Shown here: piece after piece, positions 57,401 to 64,000 of the stretch
How the letters are laid out: each line of letters opens with the position of its first letter
Numbering within the stretch: the stretch's first letter is position 1
NCBI GenBank assembly: GCA_043228905.1
Contig: JBHGNT010000005.1
Span: 9,548,001-9,612,000, forward strand
Reading direction: 5' to 3'
DNA: 64,000 bases
DNA from: Azolla caroliniana
Taxonomy: Eukaryota; Plantae; Polypodiophyta
The notes under the pieces: model-generated
Seen by the model: the letters and a program-made list of their open reading frames with translations, nothing else
Database searches by the model: none
What the model was told of the DNA's origin: nothing
Translations under genes and position numbers: made by a program

Positions 57401-60316
57401 TGCATGCTTGTAGACGCACCCGCGTGGTTCTCCTCTACCAGGAGCATCGACTGTAAGTCGAAAAAGGACGACGTATTCTCCTGGGTACACATAGCCGTTC
57501 GGAACGCTCCGAACTTCGACGCCAAACCTCCGAGACAGATCTGGACCATCTCGCTCTCCTCGATGTTCACCTCTATGGAGGTGAGGGAGTCACAGATATC
57601 CTTGATCTTCGAGGTATAGTCCGCCACCGACAAGTCGCGTTGTCATAGGTTGCCCAACTCCTGTCGAAGCTGAAGCTTCCTGGCTGTGGTGCTCGCGGCG
57701 AAAATCTTCTTCAGATTTTCCGACGCACCCTTCAGCGTCTTTGCATCCCGAACATAGCTCAATAGATGTTCGCCCACACACGATGCGAAGCAGTATAGTA
57801 CCCTGCTCGCCGATTGCTCCCACGACGGGAAGTCTCTGTGTGTCGATTCGGGTGCTGCGTCATTAGCTCCTTCGACATAACTCCAGTAGCCGTGCCTGAG
57901 CAGGTACTGGTGCATCTTGTAGGACCAAGACGCGTAGTTGGTTCTGTCGAGCTTCTCTGTTGGAAGCGAGCTCGCCATGCCTCTATCCATCGTTCTTCTT
58001 GTTCTTCTTCGTCAAGCTGTGTCGGCTGCAGAGAGGTTCTCAACCCTCGCGCTCTGATACCATGTAGAAAGTAGCGTGCGGAAGCAGGTATGAAGACAGA
58101 ACAGAGGAAGGAAACTCAGGTTCAATGGAGAGCTTAGGCTTACACGGTATACGCGGGAGAGACAGAGAGAGAAACACAAAAAACTATATTCAACAATAAT
58201 ACTCAGTCTGTACATAAGACGTGCTCAGTGAGCACTTTTATACAAGTCCTAAAAGGACTGACCGAAGTACTGACAGTACTTCAATGCTCATCAAGAGCTC
58301 CTACACTAACTCCCAAATATATTCCTCACGGAATATCTTTCCTAACGACCTCCCGGTTTACGCACTCGGCCTAACCGATCGGTCCCAACCGATCCGGTCC
58401 TCGGCTTCTTCAGCCGATCCGGCCGATGTTGAGCTTGTCTCTCAACAGGATCTACGATCGTGGGCATTTTCGGGCCAATCGGCATCCGTGTAGCCAACTA
58501 ATTGTTCGGCTACACCTGCCCGATATAGCAACGCCATGTCATTAGTGCCACTGACATATCGCAATATCCTTTGCACACATTGAAAGTGTTCGACCGTACG
58601 CTGCGACATGAATTGACTGATCAGTCTGACCGGGTAACTAAGGTCCGGCATGGTGATCGTCAAATAGATGAGACTTCCGACAATTGGTGAAGCTTTCCCA
58701 ACTCATCTATTTGACGATCACCAGGCCGGACCTTAGTTACCCGGTCCAGCCTGGTCGCATGCCTTTCCCAACTCTCGGCGAGGCTTTGCGTTTCGATCAG
58801 GAGGGGTTGAGATGGGCTTACAGTTTGCCATCCCAAACTTGAGGAGCATATTCAACATGTAATGACACTGGCTGATCAATATGCCTTCGGGGGTGCAAGT
58901 AATGAAGGTCTCCAAGATCCTTCATTTCGAATGATGCCGCAAGCTGAGACTTTATGCGGCGGATTTCGTCCAAGTTGGCACCGACGATGACTAAATCATC
59001 AACAAATAGTGACTTACTGGTCCATATTGACCTTGCCGAACAAATAGTGAAGAGTCTGATTTCGACGTCGTAAACCCCATCCTACGCAACTATTGCGTAA
59101 TCTTCGCGTTCCAGGCTCGCGGGGCTTGCTTCCCTTTGCCACAGCTATAGCTAGCAGACAAGCACGGTAGTCATCTTCGCGACGGGCGCGAAGGTCTCGT
59201 CGTAGTCCACACCGTGCTTCTGCGCGTAGCCTTTCGCAACTAAACGGGCCTTGTATCGATTGAATGAGCCGTCGGTGTTGTATTTCACTTTATACACCCA
59301 CCTACATTCAACCGACTTTACACCCTTCGGTGCGTCAACTAGGTCCCAAGTCTCATTATCAGTCAAAGTGTGCATCTCTTCCTCCATTGGCGCACGCTAG
59401 TTTGCATCTTTCGCCGCTTCTACGTGGCTCTTTGGCTCACGCACTTCCGCCACTCGTGTCATGTACGCGTAATGGTGCGTGATGTACTCATTATACCCAT
59501 GTCTCTTTACGGGGTTCTTCAGGCGGGTAGATCGGTGTAATTCGTGATTACCCGATTTCACAACCTTTTCGGCTAATGTCGACCTCTTCCGTGGAGGTTC
59601 CGTTTCAGTTTGCCCGTAGTCAGACTCGCTCCGATTTGACTCGGCATTGTCGAAATCGTACTCCGACATCTTTTTCTTCCCTTTCTCCTTGCGTGTAAAT
59701 CATCTCCTCCGTTCTTTACGCGGGAACATCACGACTGAGTCTTCACTACTCGTCGTCTCTTCATTTGGTTGGCCATTTCGGTCCAATCCCTCATTCGGCC
59801 CACTCAGCCGAAATGAGATCGGACTCTCTCTCAGAGCTTTGATGTCCTCATCATGCGGAGGCATCTTAGCCTCGTTGACTTCTTCTTCAGAATTCGGAAT
59901 GGAGTCATGGGGTACTGGAGGGGAAGGCAAGTGCCACGAAGCGGACTCCTCGAACACGACATCTCAACTTACGCGTGCGTACTTCCTTTGTTCAGGGGTG
60001 ATAACACTTATACCCCTTCTGCTCGTCTGAATAGCAAACTAAGATGCACTTTTCGGTTTTGGCGTCCAGCTTCCTCCTCTTTTCCTTCGGCACATGCACA
60101 TATGCAATGCTACCGAAAATCCTCAAGTGTGCCAAGTTCAGCTTCTTCGCGAAATACAATGCATGTGGCAACACTCCTCCATTAGCAGAAGTCCTATTTT
60201 GCAAGTAGACAACTGTCCTTACGGCTTCAACCCAATAGAATTTTGGCATATGCTTCTCTTCAAGCATTGCCTGGCCGCTTCTTCGATTGTCCGATTCTTC
60301 TGCTTGGCCACGCCGT
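51446..60316 (-). mobile_element. Copia F (degenerate): 3' LTR 51446-51835 + INT/RT/RH; hosts Copia G and is cut by Gypsy H
   Basis: TG..CA LTR with PPT at 51836-51844. RH is contiguous across the GGATC TSD (DRRS|TSGYAF). RT has an internal deletion near 59131. INT stops at the Gypsy H LTR. Confidence 0.88.
52790..58447 (-). mobile_element. Copia G, full-length, inserted in the RNase H of related Copia F
   Basis: LTRs 52790-53149 and 58063-58447 (1 substitution + 25-bp indel). TSD GGATC at 52785-52789 and 58448-58452. PBS TGGTATCAGAGC ending at 58062. gag-PR-INT-RT-RH with a few stops and a frameshift. Confidence 0.96.
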
Positions 60317-60377
60317 TGTCGCGAAGTTTTGCGTTCGTGTGTAGGAAGAGGCAGGACCACGGGGGTCTTGGACCAAG

Positions 60378-60420
<43 letters not shown>

Positions 60421-63400
60421 GTAGATACACAGAAAGAAATTAAGAGCAAGAAAACAGGAATCCGATTACTATAATCAATAGCTTACAACTTGAACGGTTA
60501 CAACCGGCAACCCGGTAATGGACCTGACACGGGGTCCTACTCACGCACACAGACGACAGCCACACGACCCGAAGAAACCAAAAAGGGAAGGGGGAGAGAG
60601 AGAGAGAGAGAGAGCCTCTGCTGGAAGCACACGGACTGTCCACGAAGCAGAGGCAGTGAACTCCCGACACCCATAGAGAACGACGATCGGAGGAGAGAGA
60701 GCTCGGCACTCGGTTCTGCAGCAGCACTTCGTCCTCGCCAATGCGCGATACCCTTTCTTCCTTCTCTCCTTCCTTAAATAGTTCGCAAAGGGGGTACCCT
60801 TCTTCCCTAGCCCAATCGCTTTATTCCCTGTCCCTTTTGACAGAGATACGCACAAATCCCCTAATAAATGTGCACTACCTAGTATTTACATCAGCCGACC
60901 TAATTACGAATTATGTACAAAATATCAATTCTCGCATCCACCCATGTAAGAGTTGGTTCATGCGCCTTCTTCTCCGATTCCGCCTATGGTTGGTTTTCTT
61001 CACGACATCCACCCCCACCAAACTGCGCATCCACCAGCTTCACTCGTCGCTCTCCGATTCTTCGCCGGGCCCGAACCAATTGTCGTCGTCGCTCTCACTC
61101 GCCGGCTCCAGCTCGTCTTTGAACCGCTTATTGAACGCTTTGATCCGCTTCCCAGCCACTGGTACCACTAACCGTGTCCCGTTGAGTTCCGCAAAGTGGT
61201 ACGTGCCGTTGTCGTTCGCGCTCGTCACCGTGTAGGGCCCGAACCATCTCCTCGCGAACTTTCGCACCGCCTTGTGTTGATTGTCGAGGCTGATGTTGTA
61301 TACCAAGACCCAGTCGCCTTCCTCGACCTTCCTTGGTCGCAACCGGTGCGTTCGGTTGAACCGGGCCTTGTTCCGCTCCCTTGCCGCCCGCAACTTTTCC
61401 TTCGCCCATTTCATGTCCTCCGACCTTCGCTCGAGTTGCCGAATTCGCGTCGCCAACAACTCCTCCCGGCTCATCTCATCCTTCCAATCTATCGCCGCCC
61501 ACGAAGAAACCGTCCGTTCCACCGACATGATCGGCTTCTGTCCAAACATCAGCTCTGCCGGCATAAACCTTGTCACCGAACTGTGCGTAGTTCGGTCCAC
61601 CCATAGTGTGTAAGGAAGGAGCCGCGACCAATTCCCGACCTGCCCTCCACATGCACACACCAACGCCTTTACGATTGGCCCGTGCCCACGTTCTACCTTC
61701 CCGTTCGCCTCCGGATTGTACACCGTAGTGAGGGAGAGTCTGACCCCTAGCCAGTCGAACAGCTCCTCAGCTTCCTGCACATCCAGCTCTCCCCGGTCCG
61801 CCACGATCTTCCTGACACACCCGTACTGACACACTACCTCTTCGATCAGGAACCGGCATACCGCCGCGGTTGTCTTGTTCTGTAGTGCACAACCTTCCAC
61901 CTGGTTCATTAAATCTTCTCGCGCAAGCACCAAGTATCGCATCTGTCCTACTCCCATCGGCATCGTCACCAAGTCTACCATCCACTTGAAATGGACCGTA
62001 GGCGGGTAGGTCGGGTGTAGCTCGTCCCGATGTCGGACTACGAAGTGCATCTGACAGCTTTCGCAAGTCGTTACGAACCGATGCACATCCCGGTACAGCC
62101 CCGGCCACTAGTACTTCTCCTTCAACTTCTCGAATGTGGCCCACGTTCCGCGGTGCCTGGCCTAGGGACTTTCGTGAAATGCCGCTAGTAATTCCTCCTG
62201 TTCTTCTTTCTTTGCCACTACTCGGAGCAGGATGCCGTGTCTTTTCTTTGGGTGCCTCCATATGCACCCATCCCGTAGGAAGAATCGGTATGCCTTCTTC
62301 CGTACCCGGCTCGCCTCTTCTCTCGTCCACGCTGCGTCCGGCGTCATCGCCCGTAGGAACCTCCCGATTTGGAGCCACTCCCCGTCGTACCTACTTTCAT
62401 CAAATTCGTTAAGCGCTGGAGTGTCCCCTTTCCTCGTCGTTACGTTAGCCGACCCGAAGAAGTCCTCGCCGACTTCTTCGTCATCCGAAACCATGCCGTC
62501 TTTGTCGTTGAACCTCGCTCTCGAAAGCATGTCGGCCATGGCGTTATCCTTTTCGGAGATGTGCCGTATCTCCGGGTTCAGGGACTTAATGTATGCTATC
62601 CACCGGAGCATTGCTAGGTCCGGCGTCGCGCATCCGGAAACCATGCCGAGTATCGACAGGTAGTCCGACTCGATGATCACCTTCATCCCGATCAGATAGT
62701 CCTTGTCGGCCTTGACTGCCGAAACGATACCCCAAAGCTCGTGCTTAACTTGGGCGTATCCTCGTTGCTGCTTGCTCAATACCTTCGCCCCGAACCGGAT
62801 CGGGAACTGTGCGCCGTCCTCGTTCTCCTGGTTGATCACCCACCCGATCCTAGTCGGGCTCGTGTCCACCGTCACGTAGATGGGGACTCCCTTGTCGTAA
62901 GCCGCTTTACGGAGAGCTGGTGCTACCGTAAGCACCTCCTTTAGTCTCTAGACCGACTCTGTGTGCTCCGTCCTCCAGTCAAAGCTACGCCCCCTTTTCA
63001 ATAGTCCGTAGAGGGGTTCTGCGACATGTGCGTAGTGCGGGATCCAGATGTGGTAGAACGCGCATGCACCCAAGAATCTACGGACCTCCGTAACCGACCC
63101 GCAATCATTCCTCATCGCGGAGATGGCCTCTACCTTTGTCGGAGACGATTTCCTACCGTAACTCCCGCACAAGTGTTCGACCACCAAGATCTCCGACTAC
63201 CCGAACGCCGATTTTTCTCCGGAGAAGGTGAGTCGTGCGCTCTCGAGCTTCTGCAGCACCTTCTCGCAGTCGTTGATGTGGTTCACGACGAACCTCCGGC
63301 ATCCATCTGGTCCGACAATCTCGTCCGCATCTTCCACCGGACACCCCTTTATCGGGATGTCGTCCAAGAATGGCATGGTGATGTCCGGGATGCAGTCCCT

Positions 63401-64000
63401 CAGCACCTTGTTCATTGCGTTCACCATATGCGCCACCGAATTCGTTCTGCCTTGTGGTAGGTAGGGTACACATCCGTACTAGGTTGAGAGGAGTTTGCAT
63501 CGTCGTGATATCCCTGCTCTCCACGACTAGCTGGAACTGGTCGTACCCCGAGTATAAGTCACCGACCGAATAGACCGACCTTCCAGCGAAGGCCTCCGCG
63601 AACTCATCTATGGTCAGTCCGATTCCTGCGTTACGGATGGTCACCCTATTGACCGATTGCAGGTCCTGAATGAAGCGCAACATGTCGTTCTTTTTCGGCA
63701 CCATAAACCACCGATTTGAATATGGGGCACTCGACGGTTCGAGGATGCCCATCTCCACCTTTTGCTTTAGAAGCTCCATCAACTTCGGGATGTGAGCTCT
63801 CGGCATCGGAATTGGTTTGAGATTCCACGGTACATGCGGTACCGTGAAGATCACCATCGGTTCGACGATTGTCGGGTCCACGCACCCGATCTCCTCCGGC
63901 GAGAACGCGAAGGCTTTCCCATGCCTTCCGAGCATTCTCTGAAACTTGTCCTCCTCCGCCGGCAGTAGAAAGCCACCCCCACCAACCTTGAGCTCCCGTA
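60317..64000 (-). mobile_element. Gypsy H, 3' LTR (60317-61007) + degenerate RT-RH-INT; runs off the window
   Basis: LTR termini TGTCGCGAAG/CTTCACGACA and a G-rich PPT at 61008-61020. RT (RFIQDLQ, YSGYDQ, FLDD), RH (VDTSP), INT (CESCQ, ANGKVERGH, WFGPY). Confidence 0.88.

Overview
Eukaryotic, land-plant-type nuclear DNA; a non-seed plant is a guess from the element types. Two stacks of nested transposons flank a small gene island. Left stack (1-36475): an old LTR fragment holds Copia E, which holds Copia B, which holds Copia A. Copia A carries (i) a Gypsy element (7445-28067, TSD GCAAA) that holds Copia C (12675-23365, TSD GTAAG), which holds Copia D (17186-22512, TSD CCATC), and (ii) a hAT DNA transposon (terminus at 6298; open transposase frame 1323->1, missed by the ORF track) that holds a 5'-truncated LINE with an intact ORF2. 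Gene island: a 10-exon SurE-like gene (+, 40442-44855; altered catalytic motif, one GC-AG intron) converges with a 7-exon membrane-anchored UDP-xylose synthase (-, 49581-47096; U12 AT-AC first intron). Right stack (51446-64000): Copia F holds Copia G (TSD GGATC) and is cut by a second Gypsy, H. The most unusual signals are a ~180-aa acidic then Arg-rich Pol tail between two identical polypurine tracts in Copia F and G, with a hairpin around the PPT that is used; a ~930-960-codon extra coiled-coil ORF in the Gypsy; one TGA shared at the RT/RNase H junction of Copia C and D; an in-frame TAG between LINE ORF1 and an ATG-less ORF2; and strong CCGG enrichment in the LTR elements. All coordinates, splice models and counts were read by hand.
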